From the IMG/VR virus record IMGVR_UViG_3300028833_000065: a stretch of DNA of 64,000 nt; one strand, 5' to 3'. This stretch comes from a virus (lineage: Duplodnaviria; Caudoviricetes). A program made the translations under genes and the position numbers. Under the pieces are notes generated by a model, which was not told where the DNA came from, did not search any database, and was given only the letters and a program-made list of their open reading frames with translations. Positions 9,511 to 19,479 of this stretch are shown piece after piece. The first letter of the stretch is position 1. Every line of letters begins with the position of its first letter.

Positions 9511-9768
9511 TTATTCTTCAAACATACTAATCTGTTCTCCACCGAAGCGCCTGAGTACGACTTCTCTTACCTGTCTCTGGGCATCTTCGTTCCAACTATA
9601 ATAGTTTTCATCATCAAGACCCTTGACATATTCATCAATGGCATCATCCACGACTTGCGTGATAGTTGCTTTTCTTTCTTTCATCAGACGCTCACAACTA
9701 GCATAAATGTCGTCCATATCAATATTCGCGCAATGCCAACTTTCCCATTCAACTTCAATCCAATTCAT
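9511..9768 (-). CDS. Acidic hypothetical protein
   Basis: ORF with RBS AAAGGAG. Confidence 0.7.
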   Translation of the reverse strand: MNWIEVEWESWHCANIDMDDIYASCERLMKERKATITQVVDDAIDEYVKGLDDENYYSWNEDAQRQVREVVLRRFGGEQISMFEE

Positions 9769-10091
9769 TTTTTCGTTCTCCTTTCATAAGATGGCAACTT
9801 TTTCCGTATCAGGGAAAGTTGCCGAAACCTGCCCATCTCCTTCCTTGGGATTACGGGAATTCAATGGGAGCCCGTCAGTTCTCACCTTCCTAAGTCCATC
9901 CCAGTTCCTTGGAACAATTACATTATACTACGATTTTGGAAAATGTCAAGTATTTCTTTTTTATCTTTTTCTGTGAGTGTATCATACAATTCTCTTGCCG
10001 ATGGAGTGAGATAATCATAATGGACTAGGCCCAAAGCGCATAGACAACACAGTTCTTTTTCTTCGGAATTAATTGGAAATAATAGCATTTT

Positions 10092-10346
10092 TCAAACTCC
10101 ACACTTTTCAATTATTTCTTGCGGTTCAAGGTCGGAATGTGCGAGCCAACTAAGCGCACACATGATTGTATCCACATCAGTGATTTTTCCTTCTTGAATA
10201 CGATAGACAAGCATACGGTTGACTTCTTCAATTCTTTCGGCTTCTTTTTTAAGAACATTAGCTTTGTCCGTCATTCCCTGAAGAAGCTGAAATGCCAAGG
10301 TGGAGCAGTCGCAAATATCCATAGATTCAAACTTCATTTCACTCAA
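10092..10346 (-). CDS. Hypothetical protein
   Basis: First gene after the cassette promoter at about 10368-10395. Confidence 0.65.
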   Translation of the reverse strand: MSEMKFESMDICDCSTLAFQLLQGMTDKANVLKKEAERIEEVNRMLVYRIQEGKITDVDTIMCALSWLAHSDLEPQEIIEKCGV

Positions 10347-10671
10347 CTCCTTTCGTTGATGTGCTTATTATAGCATAGAGGAAAGGAACTGTCAAGAAAA
10401 TATATTTAGATGTTATACATCTAATTATCCGATAAAGGAAAAGCCACCCGTCGGTGGCTAAAGGCGCCGAGTGGAACGTTGCGCACCGCCCACTCTATTG
10501 AACTTTTCCTCACTTGTTTATCAGCCAGAAGGGAAAAAGTTTGAAAAGCTGAATCTGTCTGGAAAGGGGCTTTAAGGATAAACCCCTTAGAACCTCTCAT
10601 GGTTCTTGGCTATACGGAGCGCTTACGCATCAATTAAGGCGAGTCAGTTTTCGCCACCAAGAAGGGAAGGT

Positions 10672-10998
10672 TTACGCCTTGCGGTAGGTATTCGGCTTGC
10701 CCTCAATCTTGACGATTTCGTCCTGCCAGAGGTGGGTCAGAGCATACTGAACCTTGCCCTTGGTGATGCCCTCAGGAAGGCCATCGGCGATGGCTTCGTA
10801 GATTTCGCTACAAGTCGCAGGAGAATCGGAGAGGTTGCTGACCAGAAGGTCGTGGAAGGACTCATAGGCTTCAAGGTTTTTCGCCTTGGCATCGGTGCCA
10901 CGGTTGATTTCCTTGTCCAGTTCAGCGAGGATTTCGGCATTGTCATAGCCAAAGTCGGTCAGAGCGGTGCGGATGGTTTCAAAAATGGACTTCTTCAT
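10672..10998 (-). CDS. wHTH DNA-binding protein (paralog 1)
   Basis: PATCSEIYEAI...ITKGKVQYALTHLW...KPNTYRKA. Confidence 0.75.
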   Translation of the reverse strand: MKKSIFETIRTALTDFGYDNAEILAELDKEINRGTDAKAKNLEAYESFHDLLVSNLSDSPATCSEIYEAIADGLPEGITKGKVQYALTHLWQDEIVKIEGKPNTYRKA

Positions 10999-11268
10999 AA
11001 TTTAATTTCCTTTCTGGTTTTGTTAGGGTTTTCCTTCCCTCGATTTCGTATTCATTATAACATGGATTAGGAAGTTTGTCAAGAGGTTGCCGAAAATTTT
11101 CTCCCTTTTATTTTCGGTCATCGGCGAAGAGTCTTGCGTTTCCATGGAGCTTTGTTTCCGCTCTCTTGCTCCCTCTGACAGTTATCATTATACTCAATTC
11201 TGAAAAAAAGTCAACAATTTATTTTTAGATGTTTAACATCTAAAATATTTAATAAGGAAAAAGGGAGA

Positions 11269-11592
11269 TTACTCTCCCTTAATCCGGTAGGTGTTGGTCT
11301 TGCCGACAATCTTCTCAACTTCATCTGCCCAGTAGTTGGTCAGACCGTAAACAATCTTACCACGGGCGAACCCGGTTTCATCTGCGATTTCCTGAGCAGA
11401 AACGGGAAGGGATGCGGACTTCAGAACTTCCATGACCGCATCGTGCATCTCTGCGTAAACCTTGCGGTTGGCATCGGCCTTTTCCTTGCCACGTTCAAGT
11501 TCGGCGGTCAGTTCGGAGAGAATGTCCATCATGTAATCATCATTCTTTTCGGTGAGGTAGGAGACGAGAGACTGGAGAGTGGACTTCTTCAT
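11269..11592 (-). CDS. wHTH DNA-binding protein (paralog 2)
   Basis: PVSAQEIADETGFARGKIVYGLTNYW...KTNTYR; start reassigned to MKKSTLQ after the conserved leader. Confidence 0.75.
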   Translation of the reverse strand: MKKSTLQSLVSYLTEKNDDYMMDILSELTAELERGKEKADANRKVYAEMHDAVMEVLKSASLPVSAQEIADETGFARGKIVYGLTNYWADEVEKIVGKTNTYRIKGE

Positions 11593-11890
11593 AATAATTA
11601 CCTTTCTGGTTTGTTGAGGTTTTCCTTCCTCTGTTGTGTATTCATTATAGCACCTTTGTGCTAGAATGTCAAGGGCTTTTAAAAATTTTGTTCCGAGGTT
11701 ATGGATGTTTGAAATCCACATTTTCCTACATTTTCTCGTTTGGCGCCTTCGGGAAGTGTATTTCCTTCTGTTGGGATTCTCACCTTGTCCCTCGGAACAA
11801 TTGTATTATATGCTAATTTAGGATTTTTGTCAACTACTTATTATTAGATGTATAACATCTAAAAATATTTTAGAATAAAAAAGTATCTCG

Positions 11891-12877
11891 TCAAGCGAGA
11901 TACTGAGCAAGTTCGGCGATAGTATTTTCAAGTCGTGTTGTATACTTAGAAGGTTCTTTATTCTGAAGATAGTTCTGCATTGCGGCAATAACAATTACAA
12001 TTTCATTCGCATCGGGACGCTTCTTTCTCAGAACAAATTCATCTGTTGTTCCGAGTTCACGGAAGGGGAAGAAGATAATTCCGTTAGAGATTGCCGCCTT
12101 TTTAGCAATCTTACTAAGAATGTATGTTTCAATGATAGCATCGTCAAGAGCGGTATGTGCTTCATCAAAATCATACTTGTCGGTCAGATAACGATAAGAT
12201 GCTTCTGCGCTTGTCTTGAAGAATGTTCCGCTTGCGGTAAGCATATCATTCTGAAGGCACTGCTTCTTGTAGGTGGCATTGTTCAGAAGATGCTTTGCGG
12301 CAAGTCCCCAAAGGTCAAACAGAGGGAAGACTTCACCATGGAAACGAAAGATATCTGCTTCAAAATCTTTATCGGGGTCTTTCTGATAGCGTTCATTTGC
12401 GATTTTAGCGCACAGATAACGCTGAGACTGTTCCCATTCAAAATAATCAGGGCTATACAGTTTATTGATATAGAGGTCCGTGAAGGGAATTGCTTTCTTA
12501 AAGTCGAACATACTATTGTATGCTCCGACCGCATCAACCGTGCGGAAGTCTTCCATCATGATTTCAACGACTTCGCGCCAAGGCTTGATAACGGTCTTCT
12601 TTTCTTCAAGCATCTTCAAATAGATTGGGCGCTTTTCCGCATAATATGCGGTATTGAATACGGCAGGAACAGAGAAAGTTTCGGCGATAAGAAACTGTTT
12701 CTTATCCAGAAGTTCGCCCTTGCGATTTGTGATAGTCCATCCAATATCATAGATGAGCGGGCGAGCGATAGCAATCTTCTTTTTCTTTTCCGGGTCATGG
12801 TTGGCGACTTCATCGGCGAACGGGAGGGTAGCGGACTCACAGTCAAGGGTAGCATAACGATTTTCTCTACGGGCCAT
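11891..12877 (-). CDS. DEDDh 3'-5' exonuclease family protein
   Basis: LDCES (ExoI), AYNSMFD (ExoII), EAHTALDD (ExoIII). Confidence 0.85.
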   Translation of the reverse strand: MARRENRYATLDCESATLPFADEVANHDPEKKKKIAIARPLIYDIGWTITNRKGELLDKKQFLIAETFSVPAVFNTAYYAEKRPIYLKMLEEKKTVIKPWREVVEIMMEDFRTVDAVGAYNSMFDFKKAIPFTDLYINKLYSPDYFEWEQSQRYLCAKIANERYQKDPDKDFEADIFRFHGEVFPLFDLWGLAAKHLLNNATYKKQCLQNDMLTASGTFFKTSAEASYRYLTDKYDFDEAHTALDDAIIETYILSKIAKKAAISNGIIFFPFRELGTTDEFVLRKKRPDANEIVIVIAAMQNYLQNKEPSKYTTRLENTIAELAQYLA

Positions 12878-13015
12878 ATCTAATCAATTCCTTTCTGGTT
12901 TTTAAGTGTTGCCTTCACTTTATGGGTAGATTATACCATCGGTTATGGTTGCTGTCAAGCGGCATTATTAGATGTAAAACATCTAAAATAGAAAAATGGG
13001 GCAAAGCCCCATTCT

Positions 13016-13192
13016 TTATTCATCTTCCACTTCGGTAATGCCCTCAACTTCACAATAGCGCGTGAACATATCACGGGCGAATTCTTCAATAGCATCAAGG
13101 TCAATTTCTTCTCCGAGTTCAACTGCGCTCTGGATTGCGGAAAAAGCAACGATACTCATCATGTGGTCTGCGGTGTTCATACTAATAGTCAT
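13016..13192 (-). CDS. Small acidic protein (58 aa)
   Basis: MTISMNTADH...EVEGITEVEDE, behind the conserved leader at 13201-13230. Confidence 0.6.
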   Translation of the reverse strand: MTISMNTADHMMSIVAFSAIQSAVELGEEIDLDAIEEFARDMFTRYCEVEGITEVEDE

Positions 13193-13235
13193 AATAAAAT
13201 CCTTTCTGGTTTGAAGTGTTTTCCTTCACTATATT

Positions 13236-13415
13236 TTAATCATCAAGGATTTGCTGAACATTTTTAACGGCGAGGATTGCTTCATCAAGCAACTTTTCTC
13301 GTTCTGCCGTCAATTCAAATTCATCGTCAAGTTCGGTTCTAATCTTGTCAAGAAAGTCATAGATATCTTCAAAATGCTGGAGTTCATCATCTGTATAAGC
13401 CAATATCTTTTTCAT
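13236..13415 (-). CDS. Small acidic protein (59 aa)
   Basis: MKKILAYTDDELQHFEDIYDFLDK...; RBS GAAAGGG. Confidence 0.55.
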   Translation of the reverse strand: MKKILAYTDDELQHFEDIYDFLDKIRTELDDEFELTAEREKLLDEAILAVKNVQQILDD

Positions 13416-13429
13416 ATTTATACCCTTTC

Positions 13430-13804
13430 TTACTCCGAGACTTCACGAGGAAGAAACTGATTTTCGTCATCCTTTTCTTCCTCTTCCTTTTCCTTGGCGC
13501 GTCTTGCCTTATCCTTGGCAATCTTTTCTGCCTTGGCCTTGGCTTTTTCTGCCTTAGCTTCCTGTTTTGCCTGATAGGCATTGATTTCACTCTGCATGAG
13601 TTCTTCGGCAGTCATGTCCTCACGCTCTTCGGCAACAATTGCGCCGATGCGGACATAGCGCTGAACGCCATTCAAATCGGTCAGAATGATACCCTGCTGA
13701 CGGTCATTGATTTTCTGAAATAAGTCAAAATCGCCTTCTTCAAGTATCTGAAAAACTCTTTCACGCAAATTCTGATCAACCACGGTCTTAGAAATCTGAG
13801 CCAT
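13430..13804 (-). CDS. Hypothetical protein with Lys/Ala-rich tail
   Basis: Distantly similar to 15146 and 18081 (D.NG..RYV.I). Confidence 0.7.
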   Translation of the reverse strand: MAQISKTVVDQNLRERVFQILEEGDFDLFQKINDRQQGIILTDLNGVQRYVRIGAIVAEEREDMTAEELMQSEINAYQAKQEAKAEKAKAKAEKIAKDKARRAKEKEEEEKDDENQFLPREVSE

Positions 13805-13973
13805 AATTTTTTCCTTTCTGGTTTGAGTTGTTTTCCTTCAACTTTCAATGATATTATAATCCATTCTAGGAAAATGTCAAGCATTAACTTTTAGATGTTT
13901 AACATCTAAAATATAAGTTGACATTTTTTTTGAAATGGTATATACTATCGGTGTTGAAAGGAAGGTGCCAATT

Positions 13974-14474
13974 ATGAGAAATAGCTATGAAATCCGTGCT
14001 GAAAAGTTCATCCATCAGATTTTTGATTACATTTGTGAATGTGAAAGTTGGCATCAGTTTAAGCGCGCTGTTGTTCGTTTTAATCTGGAACATGGTCGCA
14101 GGGTGCGTTTTGACCATGGATTGACTCGCGTGTGCTTTATTACTTCCGACTATGTTGTAAAGTATGATTTTGGCACTGAACGCAACATTCACGACTTTGG
14201 CACTTGTAATGATGAAGTCCGTATGTATGCTATTGCTGAAAGGGACGGCTTCGCGCATCTGCTTGCTAAACCTACAATGGTTGAGTATATGGGACATTCA
14301 TTCTGTATTATGCCCCGTATTTATGGGATTGGTAAGTATAGTCATGATGTTGATTGGTATCTTGAAGGCGCAGAACATGATTGGGTTAATAAACATATTT
14401 ATGATTGCCATAACCAGAATTATGGTTGGAAAAATCATCATCCTGTTATCTTTGACTATGCCTGTTGCTCATAA
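13974..14474 (+). CDS. Minimal protein-kinase-like (PKL fold) protein (inverted cassette)
   Basis: GLTRVCF, YVVK, CNDEV, DCHNQN (catalytic loop) and IFDYA (DFG-like). Confidence 0.6.
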   Translation: MRNSYEIRAEKFIHQIFDYICECESWHQFKRAVVRFNLEHGRRVRFDHGLTRVCFITSDYVVKYDFGTERNIHDFGTCNDEVRMYAIAERDGFAHLLAKPTMVEYMGHSFCIMPRIYGIGKYSHDVDWYLEGAEHDWVNKHIYDCHNQNYGWKNHHPVIFDYACCS

Positions 14475-14537
14475 GAGCAACTTTTTATTATTAGATGTAT
14501 AACATCTAAAATAGAAAGGTAATGGGAATAAATCCCA

Positions 14538-14768
14538 TTATCTCATATCAACAACCATGAAGTCATCATTTTCCCAAATCTGACCGTAGTTCTTATCTAC
14601 AAAATCAAACTTTTCTTCTTTTGCTTCGGTAAGCAAGGCCGCCATGCGGTTCTGGAGTTCTTCCTTCTTTGCTTTGCGGGCGCAAATAGCGCGAAGTTCG
14701 GTGATGATATCACGAAGTTCCTGTGTGGTCATGATGTCGGTATCAATAATAACTTTTCCAATTCTCAT
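14538..14768 (-). CDS. Hypothetical protein (paralog of 19914-20168)
   Basis: Shared DTD...EL..IIT.LR.I.ARK...EL motif. Confidence 0.7.
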   Translation of the reverse strand: MRIGKVIIDTDIMTTQELRDIITELRAICARKAKKEELQNRMAALLTEAKEEKFDFVDKNYGQIWENDDFMVVDMR

Positions 14769-14785
14769 TTTTATACTTCCTTTCA

Positions 14786-15034
14786 TTAATCAATAGGGCG
14801 GTTCAATTCTACTTCTTCAATGTAATAAACGCAAGGTGCTATATAATCATTACCTAATGTCTCGTATTCATAGCCATCAAAAGTAAATTCAAACTTTTTC
14901 ATTTCCTCTTCGGTGTAATCCTCTGCTACACGCTCAAGAATTGCTTTCTGTGCTTCGGCGAGAGAAGAATAAACTCCGTCGCCCCAATGCTCATAAGGTT
15001 CAATAATGAATTCTTTTACTGTAAATACCGTCAT
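14786..15034 (-). CDS. Acidic hypothetical protein
   Basis: ORF with RBS AAAGGAG after the cassette promoter. Confidence 0.7.
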   Translation of the reverse strand: MTVFTVKEFIIEPYEHWGDGVYSSLAEAQKAILERVAEDYTEEEMKKFEFTFDGYEYETLGNDYIAPCVYYIEEVELNRPID

Positions 15035-15145
15035 CTCTTACATCTCCTTTCGACATCATGAATTATAGCATAAGATGGAAAAGAAGTCAAAGCATTTATT
15101 TAGATGTCAAACATCTAAACCATATTTCGGGATTCAATCCCGAAA

Positions 15146-15436
15146 TTATTTTTCTTTCTTTTTCTTTGCCATCTTTTCTTCAAATTCTTCCTTATACAGT
15201 TCTGCATTGGCATACCCATCATAAGGAATGTATCCACCCTCACCATTACGAGTACCACGAGGAGTAGAAACTTTAATAACAATCCATCTCTCGTTTCCTT
15301 CTGCGTCTACGCAAGGAATAGCAAGTTCATTGGCACTTACGGGAAGTACATCAGTGTCATACTGCTTGGACAGAAGTTCCTGAATAGAATTGAGATATTC
15401 AGAGCGCAGAAGGGTTTCAAGCTGAGTTTTATTCAT
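15146..15436 (-). CDS. Hypothetical protein (paralog of 18081-18440)
   Basis: NELAIPCVDAEGNER...KVSTPRGTRNG shared. Confidence 0.75.
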   Translation of the reverse strand: MNKTQLETLLRSEYLNSIQELLSKQYDTDVLPVSANELAIPCVDAEGNERWIVIKVSTPRGTRNGEGGYIPYDGYANAELYKEEFEEKMAKKKKEK

Positions 15437-15729
15437 TTACTTTCATCCTTTCGTTAGTCATTAAGAAACATGTAAGAAAATATCAGAAGCATAAAGCCAA
15501 CTATCACAAGGAGAAGAAACGCAGGAATAAAAACACCCCAAATAATTCCCCAAAGCATCAGAATTCCGGCAAGGGCATCTGCTATGTTCATACCGTCATC
15601 TCCTTCCTTTTGACAAGTATATTATAACATAATTTTGAAAAAAGTCAATTATTAAATTAGATGTTTAACATCTAAAAATTCTATTGCTTTTTTCTTGGAA
15701 AGTGATATAATACGCATGAGGTGATAAAG

Positions 15730-16203
15730 ATGAAGCGGTTGACGGTTATTAGGCGGTTCGTTTCAGAAGTGGCATGTGAGAAAGTCGGATTGACAGATGA
15801 TGTTGAATATTGCGCTATGGCGACATTTTCGGGAAGAAAGCGTTATAAAAAGCCGACTATCGGGGTGCCAAAAGATAATTTGATTTGTGAATTACAAGAT
15901 GAAACCACTAAGATTTTTCGTAGAAATTTTACAAGTAGATATTCTGGCGCAAAAGGCTTTGCTAATATCACTTTGGTGTTATTACATGAAGTCGGGCATT
16001 TGAAAACAAGCGAAGAGTTCTGGGGAAATGAAGAAGCAGAAATGCTTGACATGATGATGCGAAGCGCAGTTGAAACGCAAGAAGAGTATATGAAAATTCC
16101 GTCTGAGTATGGCGCAACCGAGTGGGCTATTGGATGGCTACAAGATGCGAACAATCGTTCACTCGCAAAGCGGTTTGAACGGCAGTTCTTTAATGCGGAG
16201 TAA
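15730..16203 (+). CDS. Zincin-like metallopeptidase (HEXXH), inverted cassette
   Basis: LLHEVGH plus downstream E (PSEYGA). Confidence 0.65.
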   Translation: MKRLTVIRRFVSEVACEKVGLTDDVEYCAMATFSGRKRYKKPTIGVPKDNLICELQDETTKIFRRNFTSRYSGAKGFANITLVLLHEVGHLKTSEEFWGNEEAEMLDMMMRSAVETQEEYMKIPSEYGATEWAIGWLQDANNRSLAKRFERQFFNAE

Positions 16204-16276
16204 ATCCGCATTCCTTTTATTTTAGATGTTTTACATCTAAAATTAAATAAAAGAAAAAAAGGGGATATATCCCCTT

Positions 16277-17041
16277 TTATTCTTCTTCAACACCAGTAAA
16301 ATTGATAACATCTTTGCGAGTAATCTTTTTCAGATATGTGCCCTTGAACACAACTTCTTTATCAAACTTAATTGTGAAGGGCTTGGGCGCGACCCGTTCC
16401 AGAATGCGCTTTACTTCATAATCAGTATTCCACTTTGCGCCGAGAGTATCAATACAATAAGTCAGAATAGCGGTTTCAATGTCTACATCATACAGACCCA
16501 TATGCGCTTCTTCAAAAGTATCATCTTCGGCAATATACCTATAAACAACTTCTGCGCTTCCTTTGTAGTTGCCTGTATCAGTAAAGTAATTATTAATCTC
16601 GCAATAGTGCTGATATTGTGGAGTATTTGTAATGTATTGCGAAGCATAGCCCCAAATGTCATGGATAGCGATAGTATCAAAAGGATTAATACACTTGAAC
16701 CAGTCGCAATTAAAGGAGATAACTTTGTCATCAAAGTTGGAGTTGTAGGCATACGCATCAGTGATACCATACTTCTGAATATCACGATGAATCTCACGCA
16801 TTACATAGCCCCACTTGTCCATCGTGGCCTTGTGCTGGCGCATAAGCTGAACATACTGAGGACGCTTCTGAGCATAGTATGCTGATTCAAACAGCGGAAG
16901 GTTGTGCCAAATCTGCTCAATAACAAAGTGCTTGCGCTCAACCGTCATGTGCTGACAGGTGTCATACACGCAGTATCCGATATCATAGCAAAAGGGCTTG
17001 TCCAGACCAGTAGTTTCCGTGTCCATAATCATTACATTCAT
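16277..17041 (-). CDS. DEDDh 3'-5' exonuclease family protein (paralog of 11891-12877)
   Basis: MDTETTG, AYNSNFD, EEAHMGLYD. Confidence 0.85.
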   Translation of the reverse strand: MNVMIMDTETTGLDKPFCYDIGYCVYDTCQHMTVERKHFVIEQIWHNLPLFESAYYAQKRPQYVQLMRQHKATMDKWGYVMREIHRDIQKYGITDAYAYNSNFDDKVISFNCDWFKCINPFDTIAIHDIWGYASQYITNTPQYQHYCEINNYFTDTGNYKGSAEVVYRYIAEDDTFEEAHMGLYDVDIETAILTYCIDTLGAKWNTDYEVKRILERVAPKPFTIKFDKEVVFKGTYLKKITRKDVINFTGVEEE

Positions 17042-17177
17042 ATAAGTACCTTTCTGGTTTGATTTGTGGTATCCTTCCACTTCATTGCGTTCCGAGGAAC
17101 AAGTGTATTATATCATATTCTGGGAAAAATACAAGAAGAATATTTAGATGTTATACATCTAAGAAATAAAAATGGAA

Positions 17178-17627
17178 TTACTCCGCATGGAGTAATTCCG
17201 CCAGAACTGACAGAATGTCAGAAGGTTCATATGCTTCGCCAGTCCAGTCGTTTCTGATTTCTTCATTATCATCAAACAGAATGTCATTTTCCGTTTTCAG
17301 GAAACTCTGCTTTGGTGTGCCATAGTCTACAATTTCCATGATATCAAATGAAACTGAGGTCAGATGCTGATGAAGCCAGTCCATTTTTGCGTTTGCCACT
17401 GCTTCATTGTATTCAGCGTTTCCATCCTTAGAAGTCCAGCTGATGATACCGATGCCGTAGCCATGACTTTGGAGCTTATTCAGATACCGAGCAAGCAGAC
17501 TCATGTTCAGCATGACGGCCGCTTCTTCGTAGGGTGTAGGGTCAAAAGCACGCAGACGGGGAAGCCAATTCTCTACCGAATACAGGTCGGCGATTGTTCC
17601 ATCCATATCAAACCAAATCATTCTCAT
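17178..17627 (-). CDS. HAD-family 5'(3')-deoxyribonucleotidase-like protein
   Basis: WFDMDGTIADLY, IISW, K, ILFDD. Confidence 0.8.
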   Translation of the reverse strand: MRMIWFDMDGTIADLYSVENWLPRLRAFDPTPYEEAAVMLNMSLLARYLNKLQSHGYGIGIISWTSKDGNAEYNEAVANAKMDWLHQHLTSVSFDIMEIVDYGTPKQSFLKTENDILFDDNEEIRNDWTGEAYEPSDILSVLAELLHAE

Positions 17628-17755
17628 TTTCTTTCTCTCTCTTTCTGTTCCCTTGGAACGAGTATATAATAGCATAGTTTTGGGAAAAGGTCAAGTAATA
17701 AAATTTAGATGTTTAACATCTAAAAATCATAATCAAATGCGGCAAGGCCGCATTT

Positions 17756-17950
17756 TTACCTATCTACAAGAATCTTGATAATTGCCACAATAAGAGCAAT
17801 CAGCAGAACAACGCTCCATGTAATCCACAACGGCGCGAGAACCCAAACCCAACTCCAGTTGATAACGCCGCAAAGTTTAAGCACGATGAAAGCAATAGTG
17901 AGCAGTCCGAAGAAACCAATTCCATTGTTCTTAATTGTCGTGTTTTCCAT
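17756..17950 (-). CDS. Small phage membrane protein
   Basis: GFFGLLTIAFIVLKLCGVINWSWVWVLAPLW, a widespread phage TM family. Confidence 0.75.
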   Translation of the reverse strand: MENTTIKNNGIGFFGLLTIAFIVLKLCGVINWSWVWVLAPLWITWSVVLLIALIVAIIKILVDR

Positions 17951-18080
17951 TTTAATTCCTTTCTGGTTTTATGGAGTATCCTTCTCCTTTCAACACCGAT
18001 ATCATATCATAGTTTTAGGAATTGTGCAAGTATATATTTTAGATGTTATACATCTAAGAATTAAGAAGAAATGAAACCGC

Positions 18081-18440
18081 TTATGCGGTTTCCTTTTCCT
18101 TTTCCTTTTCGGCGCGCTTCTGCTTATCGCGCTCAATCTTCTCCTGCTTCTTCTTTTCGGCGGCGGCCTTCTTTTCCTTCTTCTCTTCTACTTCCAGTGC
18201 GTATGCCTCAGCGGCGGCATACGCATCATACGGGTCATAGCCGTTGCCGTTGCGAGTGCCACGAGGGATAGAAACCTTAAAGACCACAAAGCGCTCATTG
18301 CCCTCAGCGTCCACGCAGGGAACGGCCAGCTCGTTGGAGCTTACAGCGAGAGCATCAGCATCGCAAGCATTGGACAGGGCATTAGACAGGATAGTAAGAT
18401 ACTGTTCACGCAGGGCATTCTCAAGTTCGGTTTTAGTCAT
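18081..18440 (-). CDS. Hypothetical protein (paralog of 15146-15436)
   Basis: Same core motif as 15146-15436, with a K/E-rich tail. Confidence 0.75.
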   Translation of the reverse strand: MTKTELENALREQYLTILSNALSNACDADALAVSSNELAVPCVDAEGNERFVVFKVSIPRGTRNGNGYDPYDAYAAAEAYALEVEEKKEKKAAAEKKKQEKIERDKQKRAEKEKEKETA

Positions 18441-18580
18441 AATTTTTTCCTTTCTGGTTTCTGAGGTGTCCTTCCTCTTTACAGTTAGTATTATACTCTG
18501 ATTCGGGATAAAGTCAAGTATTAGTTTTTAGATGTTTTACATCTAAAAATTAAAATAAAATAAGTCGGATGTTATCCGAC

Positions 18581-18784
18581 TTATCGTTCTAAAATATCAT
18601 AAATCTTCAAAATCTGTTCAACAGTAGGAATATCCTTGTCTCTACAAGTAATAGTGAAACGGATAGTATCAGAAGAAATGCTAGGCTTGAAATCTTCAAC
18701 GCTACATCCAACACGATCAACGACGGTATTCATAATATACCGTCCAATCTGGTTGCGAGGAACATAATAGCTGCGAGTAATCAT
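18581..18784 (-). CDS. Hypothetical protein
   Basis: RBS GGAGG; last gene of a multi-gene cassette. Confidence 0.6.
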   Translation of the reverse strand: MITRSYYVPRNQIGRYIMNTVVDRVGCSVEDFKPSISSDTIRFTITCRDKDIPTVEQILKIYDILER

Positions 18785-19105
18785 CTTTCAATCCTCCAAT
18801 TCAAATCTTGATAATTCGTTGGCAATAATTTGATTTGCCCAAATTAGTCTTTTATAAAAACTAAAATCATCGGGAGCATCGACGAGTAATTCTATTAAAG
18901 CTTTGTGGAGTTCTGCTTTTTCTTTACGCTGTTCTTGCGTCATTATTCCCAATCCTTTCCCTTATACTTCGGTTTCTTAAAACGCTTATCTGGAATAACT
19001 TTGGTCGCGGGATTTACATTGCCCCAAGTCTTACGCTCGCTCTGGAATACTTCCACCCAAGTTTTGGTTTTCTTGGTCTTTTTCATTTTCAACCGCTCCT
19101 TCTTA

Positions 19106-19369
19106 TCAATCAAGTGGCGCTTCAATCCAACTGTATTCGCCCCATTCGCCATAGTCAAGAATCCATTCAATGTAATCTTCCCATGCCTGTTCCCGTTCAT
19201 CTTCCGCATATTCGCGGTCTTCTGTCCAGTAGAGAAAGTCTCGTTCTTCAGAATAATAATGGTCATTCATATACTTATGGCACTGCTGACGAATAGGTTC
19301 AATAGAAGTATAAACATGGTCGGGTTCACCCTGATAGGACAGAACATATACAACTTTACTCATACTCAA
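19106..19369 (-). CDS. Acidic/aromatic hypothetical protein
   Basis: First gene after the cassette promoter. Confidence 0.65.
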   Translation of the reverse strand: MSMSKVVYVLSYQGEPDHVYTSIEPIRQQCHKYMNDHYYSEERDFLYWTEDREYAEDEREQAWEDYIEWILDYGEWGEYSWIEAPLD

Positions 19370-19479
19370 TTGCTCCTTTCCTTATTGACAAGATAATTAT
19401 AACATAATTTAAGTAAAAGTCAAATATTTATTTAGATGTATAACATCTAAAAAATATAAAGTTGGCGCATATGCCAACT

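Noticed and set aside
12155-12883. Long antisense ORFs (also 10606-11070, 16502-16885, 24638-25054, 45664-46191)
   Set aside because: Shadows of well-supported genes on the opposite strand, with no RBS or motifs.
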